Below are positions 53,457-63,416 of a stretch of DNA of 64,000 nucleotides, in pieces (the stretch's first letter is position 1; each line of letters begins with the position of its first letter). Both the position numbers and the translations under genes were made by a program. The DNA lies in assembly GCA_045657465.1 (NCBI GenBank), contig JAZOTD010000026.1, forward strand, positions 1,156 through 65,155. The letters run 5' to 3'. The stretch is from Clostridia bacterium (GTDB lineage Bacteria; Bacillota; Clostridia; Christensenellales; UBA1242). The notes below the pieces were generated by a model. That model was not told the DNA's origin and did not search any database. It was given only the letters and a program-made list of their open reading frames with translations.

Positions 53457-53485
53457 AAAAACGCATACCTAGTATGCGTTTTTGT
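53457..53485 (+). terminator. Rho-independent terminator after rnpB
   Basis: Stem ACGCATAC / GTATGCGT, loop CTA, T-run. Confidence 0.75.
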
Positions 53486-53667
53486 TTTGCATAAATATTT
53501 TTTCTTTTTATTTTTAATATTGATTTTGCATTTTATTTGCCATAATTGGCGTTTTATATATCGTTTTTAATTTATTTTTGAATCTTTTTGCGTTTTTATT
53601 TTGTTTTTTTATCTTTCTTGTTTAATCATAACTTTTTATATCAGTCCATTTATTTATCATAGTTTCC

Positions 53668-53696
53668 TTTACAAAATATATTTTGTATGCTATAAT
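53668..53696 (+). promoter_or_regulatory. Sigma-A promoter for rarA-helD
   Basis: TTTACA (53668-53673), 17-nt spacer, extended -10 TGcTATAAT (53688-53696). RBS GAGGTGG precedes the ATG at 53725. Confidence 0.6.
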
Positions 53697-53724
53697 GTTA
53701 CGAATATTTTGAGGTGGTGAAGAT

Positions 53725-55032
53725 ATGGAAAATTTATTTTCAGACGAATCAAAGAAAATTGCTCCGCTTGCTGACAGACTTAGACCGCAAAACCTTGATG
53801 AGTTTTTGGGTCAAGAACACATTGTTAGCAAAAATTCTTTTTTGCGCAGAGCAATCATGTTTGACAAACTTGGCAGCTGCATTTTCTATGGACCACCGGG
53901 AACAGGAAAGACAACACTTGCAAGTATCATTGCAAATCAAACAAACAGCAACTTTGTTATCTTAAACGCTGTTTCATCTGGAGTTGCAGATGTTAAAAAA
54001 GTTATCAGTGATGCAAAAACTGGTGTTGAACTTTATGGTAAAAAAACATACTTGCTTTTAGACGAATGTCATCGATGGAACAAGGCTCAGTCTGACTCTA
54101 TGCTTGAGGCTATTGAAAAGGGTTATATTGTGTTTATCGGTGCAACCACAGAAAATCCTTTTGTTTCAATGACAAGGGCTATTGTTTCAAGATGCCGTGT
54201 TTTTGAATTTAAACCACTTTTAAAACAAAACATCTTGTCAGCAATCAACAGGGCCTTAACTGATACCCAAAAGGGATTCGGTGGGCTTGAAATAGATATT
54301 AGTGAAGAAGCAAAGAACCATTTTGCATCAACATCAGGTGGCGATGCAAGAGTCGCTCTTGGAAACTTGGAACTCGCCGTGCTTTCATCTGAAAAAGTTG
54401 ACGGCAAAATTGTTATTAATGAAGAGATTGCAAAAGAAGTTTGTTCTCACAACACTAACAGCATTGACGAAGACCTTTATTATGATATGCTTTCAGCATT
54501 TTGTAAAAGCTTAAGGGGAAGCGATGCAGACGCTGCGCTTTATTGGGCACACAGACTTATTTCTGCAGGTTGCGACCCACTCTTAATTTTAAGACGACTT
54601 ATGGCACATGCCAGCGAAGATGTCGGCCTTGCAAACTCAAACGCACTGGTTGTTGCAAACGCTGCAACACAAGCATATTTGCAAATGGGTAAACCAGAGG
54701 GGCTTATTCCAATGTCGCATGCAATCATTTATGTGTGCATGAGCCCAAAATCAAACTCTGTCATCACTGCAATGGAACTTGCTAAAGAAGACGTTGCAAA
54801 TACCTTTATTGGAGCGGTTCCTAATCATTTAAAAAATCACAATTACCTAAACGAAAAACGTGCCAAATATAAATATCCACATAATTATGGCGGATATGTT
54901 GAGCAGCAATACTTGCCAGATGAAATTAAAGATCATGTCTATTACATTCCATCTGAAAATGGCAGTGAGGCTTCAATCAAATTGCCACAAAATAAGCAAT
55001 CAATAATTAACAAAAATCAGGAGACAAAATGA
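53725..55032 (+). CDS. rarA: Replication-associated recombination protein A (AAA+ ATPase, MgsA/RarA)
   Basis: LRPQNLDEFLGQEHI..., Walker A GPPGTGKTTLA, Walker B LLLDECHRWNKAQSD, and the C-terminal ...HLKNHNY...YKYPHNYGG... signature. Confidence 0.9.
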   Translation: MENLFSDESKKIAPLADRLRPQNLDEFLGQEHIVSKNSFLRRAIMFDKLGSCIFYGPPGTGKTTLASIIANQTNSNFVILNAVSSGVADVKKVISDAKTGVELYGKKTYLLLDECHRWNKAQSDSMLEAIEKGYIVFIGATTENPFVSMTRAIVSRCRVFEFKPLLKQNILSAINRALTDTQKGFGGLEIDISEEAKNHFASTSGGDARVALGNLELAVLSSEKVDGKIVINEEIAKEVCSHNTNSIDEDLYYDMLSAFCKSLRGSDADAALYWAHRLISAGCDPLLILRRLMAHASEDVGLANSNALVVANAATQAYLQMGKPEGLIPMSHAIIYVCMSPKSNSVITAMELAKEDVANTFIGAVPNHLKNHNYLNEKRAKYKYPHNYGGYVEQQYLPDEIKDHVYYIPSENGSEASIKLPQNKQSIINKNQETK

Positions 55033-57218
55033 TTACAGAAGAAGAAATTGTTAAGGAAAAAGAATACCTGCTAAAGGTTGTCGATATATTAAGCGACGAG
55101 CTTCAAAATTATGATATGAAAGTCAAAGCACTTTCAAGCAACATTCAAGAACAAATGTCTTACGCTTGGGACAAAACCAATCGTCTTTCTGACACTGAAT
55201 TTGTTTATGCACTCGCAAACATTCAAAAGAGAAGTGTTTATGCAGAAAATGCAAACAAGAAGGTTAACAGTTATAAAAAGATGTTAAACAATGCATATTT
55301 TGCAAGAATTGACTTTGATGATGGCGAAGAAGTTCTTCCAATTTACATCGGTATTGCATCACTTCAACAGGGTGATGACTTTTATGTTTATGACTGGCGT
55401 GCACCAATTTCAAGCATGTTTTATAACAGCGAAGTTGGAAATGCAAGCTACACCATTTCAACCGGAGACAAGATTTCTGGAAATATTACACTAAAAAGAC
55501 AATACAAAATCTCTGGAAGAGAAATTAAAGAAGTTTTTGACACCGACATGCAAATCATTGACAATGTGCTTAAACAAATGCTTTCTAAAAACGCAAGCAA
55601 CAAGATGAAAAACATTGTCAACACTATTCAAAAAGAACAAAACGAAATCATTAGAAAAAATGACGTTGACCTTTTGATTGTGCAAGGACCTGCGGGCAGC
55701 GGAAAGACTAGTATTGCAATGCACAAAATTGCATATCTTTTGTATTCTGAACGCGACAAAATCAACAATTCAAACGTTATGATTTTGTCTCCAAATGAAA
55801 TTTTTAACAATTACATTTCTGATGTTTTGCCAGATATTGGTGAAGACAATGTTTGTCAAGCAACCTACTTTGAATTTGCAAAAGCATACATCACTGAATT
55901 TAGCATTTCATCAAAAATTGAAGATGCTTATGAAATTGTTTATGCATCTAACAAAGATGAAAACAAAAACAAATATGATGAACTTAAATTTAAGTTTGAC
56001 CCGATTTACACACAAATTTTGGCGGACTATATCGAACTTAACAAAATCGACCTTATGGGGCTTGAACCAATCGAGATAGCCGAAGAAACAATCATGACAC
56101 TTGATGAAATGGCATCAATTGCAAGCAAAATCCCTGCAAATGGCGAAAGTTTATATATTAGGGGAAAGAAGATTATTGAACGCATTTATCTGTCTGCTAG
56201 CATGAAAACCAAGAAGCATCTCACTCTAGAAAAACTCAAAAAACAAGCACTTGAAAACCTTGTTAAAATCAAAATCAAGATTGGTGCACTTTTTAGAAAA
56301 CTATATTCAGACAAAGACGAATTTAAAAACTTTGTAAAGGCTGAGTTTGAAAAATATGACAGAGCAGAAGATTACTTGCAATTCAACTTTGACTTCATTT
56401 TTGATGAAACATCTGCAGCACTTTCAAATGACCACCTTGAATTTCAAGATGTCACTCCATTCATGTTTTTAAAATCAAGAATTATTGGTATTTCTGCAAA
56501 CAAGAACATTAAGTATGTTTTAATTGACGAAGCTCAAGACTATTCAATTGCTCAATACAAGATTTTGGCAATGCTATTCAAAAATTCAAACATAACGCTT
56601 CTTGGTGACATAAACCAATCAATTCTTCCATTCAACAACACAAAAGACTATAAAGAAATTGAAAAAACAATTAAACTTTATAAACCAAATATTTCTTCAA
56701 ACGAATGTGAACTTTCAAAAACTTATCGTTCAACCTTTGAAATTAACGAATATGCAAAAAAAGTCATCTCTTCAAAAAACACTTATTCACAAGTTGACAG
56801 ACATGGTGATGAAATTGTTATTCACAAACAAGACAATTTTGACCCAAAAGAAATTATTGAAAATTCTTTAAATTTAAAAAAATCGTATAATACCGTTGCA
56901 ATTATTTGCAAAAATATTGAAGAAACATTATTATATAATCAGATAATAAATTCTCCTGAATATGCAAACAAATTTAGAATTGTGACAAAAAACGATAATG
57001 TCTTTGTTGAAGAAAAAATTATGATTATTCCTTCATATCTTGCAAAAGGCCTTGAGTTTGACGCAGTTTTAGTTAGCAATGCATCTTCAGAGCAATACAC
57101 AGAGCTTGAAAGAAACCTGTTCTATGTGGTTTTGACAAGGGCTCTTCACAAACTTGAAATCTATTACACTAATAGTTATACAACTCTTGTAGGAGATGGG
57201 GATGAGAAAAAAGAATGA
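55029..57218 (+). CDS. helD: HelD-type (helicase IV-like) UvrD-family ATPase
   Basis: N-terminal AYFARIDFDDGEEVLPIYIG, Walker A VQGPAGSGKTSIA, VLIDEAQDYS, TYRSTFEI, GLEFDAVLV. The start overlaps the rarA stop (ATGA). Confidence 0.8.
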   Translation: MITEEEIVKEKEYLLKVVDILSDELQNYDMKVKALSSNIQEQMSYAWDKTNRLSDTEFVYALANIQKRSVYAENANKKVNSYKKMLNNAYFARIDFDDGEEVLPIYIGIASLQQGDDFYVYDWRAPISSMFYNSEVGNASYTISTGDKISGNITLKRQYKISGREIKEVFDTDMQIIDNVLKQMLSKNASNKMKNIVNTIQKEQNEIIRKNDVDLLIVQGPAGSGKTSIAMHKIAYLLYSERDKINNSNVMILSPNEIFNNYISDVLPDIGEDNVCQATYFEFAKAYITEFSISSKIEDAYEIVYASNKDENKNKYDELKFKFDPIYTQILADYIELNKIDLMGLEPIEIAEETIMTLDEMASIASKIPANGESLYIRGKKIIERIYLSASMKTKKHLTLEKLKKQALENLVKIKIKIGALFRKLYSDKDEFKNFVKAEFEKYDRAEDYLQFNFDFIFDETSAALSNDHLEFQDVTPFMFLKSRIIGISANKNIKYVLIDEAQDYSIAQYKILAMLFKNSNITLLGDINQSILPFNNTKDYKEIEKTIKLYKPNISSNECELSKTYRSTFEINEYAKKVISSKNTYSQVDRHGDEIVIHKQDNFDPKEIIENSLNLKKSYNTVAIICKNIEETLLYNQIINSPEYANKFRIVTKNDNVFVEEKIMIIPSYLAKGLEFDAVLVSNASSEQYTELERNLFYVVLTRALHKLEIYYTNSYTTLVGDGDEKKE

Positions 57219-58176
57219 TAAGTCGAGGCTTTATCAAAGCTATTCAAAAAACTTGATTAGGGCAACAGTTTCAACAAACATTGGCATAAACAACCATGAC
57301 AGACTCGTCAAGGTTTATGGTGCTGGCGCTGCTAGAGTCGAAATTTTGAATAGACTCAAAAAGCAATCAAAGTTTACGCTTTATTGGTTTGCAACATTTA
57401 TCACGCTTGGTATTGTGTGCTTGTTTTTAGACCCAAGTGGTTGGTTTAATGTTTTAGACCTTTTCATTTTAATGATAAACATTCACTTGGTTGCAAAAGG
57501 AAAGCTTATCGGCATTTATATTGGTATACTTGAATGTCTGTTCTATGCGTTCATATGTTTCAACTCTGCACTTTATGGCGAAGTGTTTAAGGTGCTTGCA
57601 ATATCAGTTCCATTAAACATATTCTCAATCATTAGTTGGATGCGTAGCATGAAAAAGCAAAAAGAAGACAAATATGCAACCACTCAACAAGAAGACATCG
57701 TCATCAAAAAACTCAGCAAAAAAGAAAAACCACTTTATCTCTTGGCTATCTTGCTTTGTTCAGGAGTCGCATATGTTTTGCTCAGATTTGTAATCGGTCA
57801 AACAAATGCACTTGTTTTAAGCTCAATTGCCCTTGCAATTTCTATTGTTGGAAAGGTTTTAACTGCAAAAAGATATATGGAATCTTATGTTTTGTTCATA
57901 TTTGGCAACGTTATCTGCTTGTTCATGTGGGGACAAACAATGATTCAAACCGGTTTTGTTTTAGCAGACATTACGATGATTGTATATTATCTTGCATGTT
58001 TCACAATGGATATTTATGCATATGACCTTTGGAAGGCTATGTATAGAAAGGTTGCAGTTAATGGTGGTGTATTGCTTGCAAAACGAAAAGTTAGCATCAA
58101 AAAAATCATTAAACTTCGCCGTCAATTTAAAAATCTTCATTGGGACAAAAAAGTTGACATAGCAAAAAATTCTTAA
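57202..58176 (+). CDS. Integral membrane protein, possibly a PnuC-family nicotinamide riboside transporter
   Basis: About 7 hydrophobic segments. GKLIGIYIGILECLFYAFICFNSALYGEV and KVLTAKRYMESYVLFIFGNVICLFMWG loosely match PnuC motifs. The start is taken at 57202 (AGGAG 6 nt upstream) rather than 57196. Confidence 0.45.
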   Translation: MRKKNDKSRLYQSYSKNLIRATVSTNIGINNHDRLVKVYGAGAARVEILNRLKKQSKFTLYWFATFITLGIVCLFLDPSGWFNVLDLFILMINIHLVAKGKLIGIYIGILECLFYAFICFNSALYGEVFKVLAISVPLNIFSIISWMRSMKKQKEDKYATTQQEDIVIKKLSKKEKPLYLLAILLCSGVAYVLLRFVIGQTNALVLSSIALAISIVGKVLTAKRYMESYVLFIFGNVICLFMWGQTMIQTGFVLADITMIVYYLACFTMDIYAYDLWKAMYRKVAVNGGVLLAKRKVSIKKIIKLRRQFKNLHWDKKVDIAKNS

Positions 58177-58183
58177 TAACAAC

Positions 58184-58215
58184 AAAAAAATCACATCGTT
58201 TGATGTGATTTTTAT
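58184..58215. terminator. Bidirectional rho-independent terminator
   Basis: AAAAAAATCACATC-GTTT-GATGTGATTTTTATTTTT, between convergent genes. Confidence 0.75.
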
Positions 58216-58232
58216 TTTTCTTAAATTGTGTT

Positions 58233-58988
58233 CTATTTAGATTTTTTTGCATTTTCTAACACTGGTGGAATGTATGAATCAAAAATAATATTGTCACACA
58301 TATCTTTTGTTCTATTTTCTTCTTCAAGTGACTTAACAGGATAGAGAAGAACTGGAAGTTTGCCAAAATATTTTTTAACATATTTGCTTGGCATGTCATC
58401 AGTGAAATAAACAATGAAGTTTGGTTCACTAACTTTTTTGTTTAAACGCATTCTTTTAAATGAGAATTTGCTTACGCCAATAATATCTTTAAGGTCTGTG
58501 CAAGATGCAATTTGACCACGCTTAACCTTTGGAGCATTGTTTTTAAACCATTCAAGAGTGTATGGGTTAAATGATTCAACTGCATATTCACCATGATAGC
58601 CTTGCAAAACCTTCCAAACCGCTTTTTCACAAGCACCAACTTTTCCATAGTTTTTGATTTCAACCAAAACAGGAACCTTTCCTGCAATAACTTCAAGTGC
58701 CTCAGCAAGGGTTGGAATGCGTTCTTTTGTTTTTAAAAGGCTAAGTTTTTCAATGTCTTTGTATGCACAGCTCGAAATAAAACCATCAACGCCGGTCATT
58801 CTTGCAAGTCTTTCATCATGAAAAACCACAGGAACACCATCAGTAAGCACACAAACATCAAGTTCAATAGGGAGTTTGTTTTTCACTGCATTTTTGAATG
58901 CTGCAAGTGAATTTTCTGGAATTTTGTCATCAAATAAGCCACGATGAGCTATTGGTGTGGTGACAAGCCAAGTATCATAAATATTCAT
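58233..58988 (-). CDS. Glycerophosphodiester phosphodiesterase (GDPD family)
   Basis: IAHRGLFDDKIPENSLAAF...ELDV...DGVPVVFHD...VLVEIK. The start is taken at 58988 (GGAGAT RBS); the ORF-track start at 59000 is also possible. Confidence 0.8.
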   Translation of the reverse strand: MNIYDTWLVTTPIAHRGLFDDKIPENSLAAFKNAVKNKLPIELDVCVLTDGVPVVFHDERLARMTGVDGFISSCAYKDIEKLSLLKTKERIPTLAEALEVIAGKVPVLVEIKNYGKVGACEKAVWKVLQGYHGEYAVESFNPYTLEWFKNNAPKVKRGQIASCTDLKDIIGVSKFSFKRMRLNKKVSEPNFIVYFTDDMPSKYVKKYFGKLPVLLYPVKSLEEENRTKDMCDNIIFDSYIPPVLENAKKSK

Positions 58989-59145
58989 TTTTATCTCCAT
59001 TTTTGTTCACGAAAAAATAAAGTGAACACACTAATATGGCTAAATTATACAATCTAAAACGTGTATTGTCAATGTTTTATGACGGAAATTATCGAATTTA
59101 TCCATGGCTTTGATATATTTTATGAAGCAAAAATGCAGTTTATGA

Positions 59146-59174
59146 TTGATTTATTTTTAAGTTTAGTTTAAAAT
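59146..59174 (+). promoter_or_regulatory. Candidate sigma-A promoter for lepA
   Basis: TTGATT (59146-59151), 17-nt spacer, TAAAAT (59169-59174). RBS GAGGA precedes the ATG at 59192. Confidence 0.45.
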
Positions 59175-59191
59175 CATTATGTGAGGATAAT

Positions 59192-60991
59192 ATGAAAAAA
59201 TCGCTAGATAACATTAGAAACTTTTCAATCATTGCGCACATAGACCACGGCAAAAGCACTCTTGCTGACAGACTTATGGAATATACTGGCACCGTTGCAG
59301 AAAGAGATAGCAAAAGCCAACTTTTAGACTCCATGTCAATCGAAAGAGAAAGGGGCATAACAATCAAACTTGCTCCTGTGACAATGAAATATGAAAAGGA
59401 CGGAAAAGAATATATTTTAAATCTTATCGACACTCCAGGGCACGTTGACTTTACTTATGAAGTTTCAAGGTCACTCGCTGCATGCGAAGGTGCACTTTTG
59501 ATTGTCGATGCGACACAAGGCGTGCAAGCTCAAACTCTTGCAAACTTTTATCTTGCATTTGAAAATGACCTTGAAGTTATTCCTGTTATCAATAAAATGG
59601 ATTTGCCATCTGCCAGACCTGAAGAAGCAAAGAAAGAAATTGAGAGCATCATTGGCATACCAGCTGACGAAGCCCCTTGCATTTCTGCAAAAACAGGCCT
59701 AAACATAAAAGATGTTTTAGACAGAATTGTTGATATGGTTCCACCACCAAAGGGTGATGAAGACGAACCACTTCAAGCACTTATCTTTGATAGTTACTAC
59801 GACAACTACAAAGGTGCAGTGTGTCTTGTTAGAATCAAAAACGGAAAAGTTAAGACCGGAACAAAAATTAAAATGCTACAAACCGGCAAAGAATTTGAAG
59901 TCGTTGAAGTGGGAACATTTAAACCAAAAATTGAACGAACTGAAGAACTTTCTGCTGGTGACGTTGGATATATCTCTGCAAGCATCAAAACTGTTTCTGA
60001 CATCAGCGTTGGTGACACTATCACTGAACTTGAAAGACAAGCCGAGCCGCTCCCAGGCTATAGAAACATTCAACCTGTGGTTTATTCGGGAATCTTTCCA
60101 ATCGACGGAGACAAGTATAACGCACTCAAAGACGCTCTTGAAAAAATCAAACTTTCAGACGCATCACTTGTTTACACACCTGAAACTTCAACTGCTCTTG
60201 GCTATGGTTTTAGATGTGGCTTTTTGGGGCTATTGCACTTAGAAATCATAACCGAACGCATTGAACGTGAGTTTAATCTTGACGTTATCACCACAATGCC
60301 AAGCGTTACTTATAAAGTATACAAAAAGAGCGGAGAGGTGCTTGATATTTCAAACCCAACAAACATGCCTGTTCCTGACTCAATTTTGTATATTGAAGAG
60401 CCTTATATCAAAGCAAATATTTATGCTCCACCTGAATATGTTGGGGCAATTATGGACCTTGGCATTAGCAAGCGTGGAGTCTATAAAGACATGCAATATC
60501 TTGCAGACAACAGAGTCAAGCTTGATTTTGATTTGCCGCTTTGTGAAGTTGTTTATGACTTTTTTGACAAACTCAAATCTGCAACTCATGGCTATGCAAG
60601 TTTCGACTATGAAATTGCCGATTATCAAAAGAGCGACATGGTTAAAGTTGACATGTTATTAAACGGCGAGCCTTGTGATGCTCTTTCACTCATTGCTCAC
60701 AAAACCAGAGCCTATGACCGTTCAAGAGCCATCACTGAAAAACTTAAAGAAGTTGTTCCACGTCAACTCTTTGAAATTCCTATTCAAGCCGCAATTGGCG
60801 GAAAGATTATCGCAAGAGAAACCGTTAAAGCTCTTAGAAAAGACGTTATTGCAAAATGCTATGGTGGTGACGTAACCAGAAAGCGTAAGCTTTTAGAAAA
60901 GCAAAAAGAAGGCAAGAAAAAAATGAAACGCCTTGGAAGTGTTGAACTTCCAAGTGAAGCGTTCTTGAGCATATTAAAAATGGACAATTAG
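59192..60991 (+). CDS. lepA: Translation elongation factor 4 (LepA)
   Basis: [34 protein letters not shown], and the C-terminal ...[34 protein letters not shown] typical of EF4. Confidence 0.95.
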   Translation: MKKSLDNIRNFSIIAHIDHGKSTLADRLMEYTGTVAERDSKSQLLDSMSIERERGITIKLAPVTMKYEKDGKEYILNLIDTPGHVDFTYEVSRSLAACEGALLIVDATQGVQAQTLANFYLAFENDLEVIPVINKMDLPSARPEEAKKEIESIIGIPADEAPCISAKTGLNIKDVLDRIVDMVPPPKGDEDEPLQALIFDSYYDNYKGAVCLVRIKNGKVKTGTKIKMLQTGKEFEVVEVGTFKPKIERTEELSAGDVGYISASIKTVSDISVGDTITELERQAEPLPGYRNIQPVVYSGIFPIDGDKYNALKDALEKIKLSDASLVYTPETSTALGYGFRCGFLGLLHLEIITERIEREFNLDVITTMPSVTYKVYKKSGEVLDISNPTNMPVPDSILYIEEPYIKANIYAPPEYVGAIMDLGISKRGVYKDMQYLADNRVKLDFDLPLCEVVYDFFDKLKSATHGYASFDYEIADYQKSDMVKVDMLLNGEPCDALSLIAHKTRAYDRSRAITEKLKEVVPRQLFEIPIQAAIGGKIIARETVKALRKDVIAKCYGGDVTRKRKLLEKQKEGKKKMKRLGSVELPSEAFLSILKMDN

Positions 60992-61000
60992 GAGACCGAT

Positions 61001-62188
61001 ATGTCAATTAATCAAATGGGATTAAACATTATTGAAAAATCTAGAAACAACCTAAGCATCTATGTTCACATTCCGTTTTGCGAATCAAAATGTGCATACT
61101 GCTCATTTGTTTCAATGGTTTCAAATGACGAGATGAAAAAACAATACTTTGACAATTTGATGACAGAAATCAAAATCAAAGCAAAACAATATAGCCCACA
61201 CTATTCAGTTGCAAGCATCTATATTGGTGGCGGAACTCCATCTTGTTTAGACAATTATTATATTCGTGATTTGCTTTCATCAATCTACAAAAACTTTGCA
61301 GTAAAAAACACCGCTGAAATCACAATCGAAATCAATCCAAACACTATAGATAAAAACAAAATTCGTGAATATATTTTGGCAGGCGTCAATCGTTTCAGCA
61401 TCGGGCTTCAATCGTCAAACCCAAAGATTTTAAAATCTATGGGCAGACTTCACACATATAACGACTTTGTCAAAACGATTTCTATTATCCGTGAATATGG
61501 AATAAAAAACATCAGTGCAGACATCATTTTGGGATATCCAAATCAAAAGCTTGCTGATATAAAAGACACAATGACAAACCTTATCAAACTAGAAATTCCA
61601 CACATATCTGCATACATGCTCTCAGTTGATGAAGGCACGAAATTAAAAACTCTTGTTGATAACGGAGCAGTGGGGCTTCCTGATGAAGACCTTGTTGTTC
61701 AAATGTATAATCTCGTGCTAGACATGCTAACAAAGGCGGGCTATGGTAGATATGAGTTTTCAAACTTTGCAAAACCAACATTTGAATCTTATCACAACAG
61801 AGTTTATTGGAACAGAACTGACTACATCGGTTTAGGTCTTGCAGCTCACTCATACATTCAAGGCACAAGATTTGCCAATACTGAAAATTTGAATGAATAC
61901 ATCTTAAAACTAAACAACGAAAATGTCAGCCCAATAGTGCTTTCAAAAAACCTTTCAAAATCTGAACAGAAAGAAGAAGCAATCATGCTTTCAATGCGAA
62001 CAGCAACTGGATTAAACCTTGAAAGTTACAAAACAGAGTTTGGCGAAAATCTTCTTTCAAAGAAAAAAGATAGAATTGCAGACCTTATCAAAAACGGCTA
62101 CATCAAACTCACTTCAGATAACAGACTTGTTTGCACCAGCAAAGGCTTTTTGGTGCTAAATCAAATCGTGCTTGAGCTCGCATCTTAA
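61001..62188 (+). CDS. hemW: Radical SAM HemN-like protein (heme chaperone HemW family)
   Basis: YVHIPFCESKCAYCSF (CX3CX2C radical-SAM cluster), GGGTPS, and the conserved position downstream of lepA. Confidence 0.85.
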   Translation: MSINQMGLNIIEKSRNNLSIYVHIPFCESKCAYCSFVSMVSNDEMKKQYFDNLMTEIKIKAKQYSPHYSVASIYIGGGTPSCLDNYYIRDLLSSIYKNFAVKNTAEITIEINPNTIDKNKIREYILAGVNRFSIGLQSSNPKILKSMGRLHTYNDFVKTISIIREYGIKNISADIILGYPNQKLADIKDTMTNLIKLEIPHISAYMLSVDEGTKLKTLVDNGAVGLPDEDLVVQMYNLVLDMLTKAGYGRYEFSNFAKPTFESYHNRVYWNRTDYIGLGLAAHSYIQGTRFANTENLNEYILKLNNENVSPIVLSKNLSKSEQKEEAIMLSMRTATGLNLESYKTEFGENLLSKKKDRIADLIKNGYIKLTSDNRLVCTSKGFLVLNQIVLELAS

Positions 62189-62206
62189 TAACAATGTCAA
62201 ACAATC

Positions 62207-62238
62207 AAAACAGGCGAAAATAATCGTCTGTTTTTTAT
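62207..62238 (+). terminator. Rho-independent terminator after hemW
   Basis: Stem ACAGGCGA / TCGTCTGT (one G-T wobble), followed by T7. Confidence 0.65.
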
Positions 62239-62267
62239 TTTTTGTCAAAAATTTTGTCATAAAATCG

Positions 62268-62296
62268 TTGACAAATTCTTTTAGCAGTAATAAGAT
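62268..62296 (+). promoter_or_regulatory. Candidate sigma-A promoter of the hrcA-grpE operon
   Basis: TTGACA (62268-62273), 17-nt spacer, TAAGAT (62291-62296). It overlaps a degenerate CIRCE-like half-site. Confidence 0.45.
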
Positions 62297-62304
62297 ATAC
62301 AGTG

Positions 62305-62331
62305 TTAGCACTCAAAAAACCAGTTTGCTAA
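62305..62331 (+). promoter_or_regulatory. CIRCE operator (HrcA binding site)
   Basis: TTAGCACTC-N9-GTTTGCTAA versus the consensus TTAGCACTC-N9-GAGTGCTAA. The left arm matches 9/9 and the right arm 7/9. It lies about 55 nt upstream of hrcA. Confidence 0.65.
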
Positions 62332-62384
62332 TTTTCGTGAATAAACTTTGCAAAATTTGTATATAATTACAAGTGAGGGAAAAA

Positions 62385-63416
62385 GTGGATTTAAGTGAAA
62401 GAAAAAAGAAAATTTTAAGTGCAGTCATTGAAACAAATGTCAAAAGCAAATCTGCAGACGCGGTTTCAAGCAAGCAACTTCAAGAAGAATATTTGCCAAA
62501 AATCAGTTCGGCAACGATTCGAAATGAGCTAAACGCTCTTGAAGAAATGGGCTATCTCACACATCTGCACACATCATCAGGCAGAGTTCCAACAAAAGAA
62601 GGTTATGAAAAATACATTTCTGAACTCATGCACGAAAGAAAACTTACTGCAAAAGAAAAAGAAGTTATTCAGTCAAATTTTGCAAACAAGCTTGTTAGCA
62701 TACGTGACATAATAGAGCGTTCTGCAACAACAATTGCAAAAGCAACAAACTATGCTTCGGTTGTTTATTCTGGGCCATCACTAAACGCGGTGGTTAAAGA
62801 CATCAAGCTTTATCCAGTTAGCAAAACAACACAGCTTGTGGTTGTTGTGACAAGCGAAAAGGTTATCAATGAACTTGCAAACCTTGGAACAAATGACGAA
62901 GATGAACTTAAAACAGCTAGTGACATCTTAAAAGAACTTTTTGAAAACAAACCGCTTGAACTTCTAAAAAACAATGATTTTAGAGATCAGGTAGTAACTA
63001 GCGAACTCAAAAAATATAAAGAAGTCTTCGACAAAGTTCTTGATATTATTTCAGCAAGCAACAACAATGTTTCAAACCACATGACAATCGCTGGAAAAGA
63101 CAAACTTATCGAATATCCAGAGTTTAATGATATTGATAAACTTAAAAAGACAATGACAGCTCTTGAAAAAACTGAAACAATTTTGCCAATCATCACATCT
63201 GGCGAAAACCTTGAACTTTCAATTAATATTGGAAGTGATGGGTCAGATCTTTCAGAGTGTTCAGTTGTTACAATTTCTTGCAACATCGGTGGTGAGTCAA
63301 AACTGACAGCTGGCGTAATTGGACCTATGAGAATGGACTATCCAAAAGCAATTTCAGTTTTGAAAGAAGTTGCTCAAACGATTGAAAAAACATTGCAAGA
63401 TAAAGGAGATGAATAA
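62385..63416 (+). CDS. hrcA: Heat-inducible transcription repressor HrcA
   Basis: (V)DLSERKKKILSAVIE...ISSATIRNELNALEEMGYLTHLHTSSGRVPT is the canonical HrcA winged-helix N-terminus. A GTG start at 62385, preceded by GAGGGA, is preferred over the ORF-track GTG at 62373. Confidence 0.9.
   Translation: MDLSERKKKILSAVIETNVKSKSADAVSSKQLQEEYLPKISSATIRNELNALEEMGYLTHLHTSSGRVPTKEGYEKYISELMHERKLTAKEKEVIQSNFANKLVSIRDIIERSATTIAKATNYASVVYSGPSLNAVVKDIKLYPVSKTTQLVVVVTSEKVINELANLGTNDEDELKTASDILKELFENKPLELLKNNDFRDQVVTSELKKYKEVFDKVLDIISASNNNVSNHMTIAGKDKLIEYPEFNDIDKLKKTMTALEKTETILPIITSGENLELSINIGSDGSDLSECSVVTISCNIGGESKLTAGVIGPMRMDYPKAISVLKEVAQTIEKTLQDKGDE

Noticed and set aside
59727-60242. A 171-aa alternative-frame ORF inside lepA, plus other short ORFs within lepA, rnj, helD, rarA and the U32 gene (for example 50876-51286 on the minus strand).
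   Set aside because: Each is nested in a confidently identified conserved gene and has no independent support.
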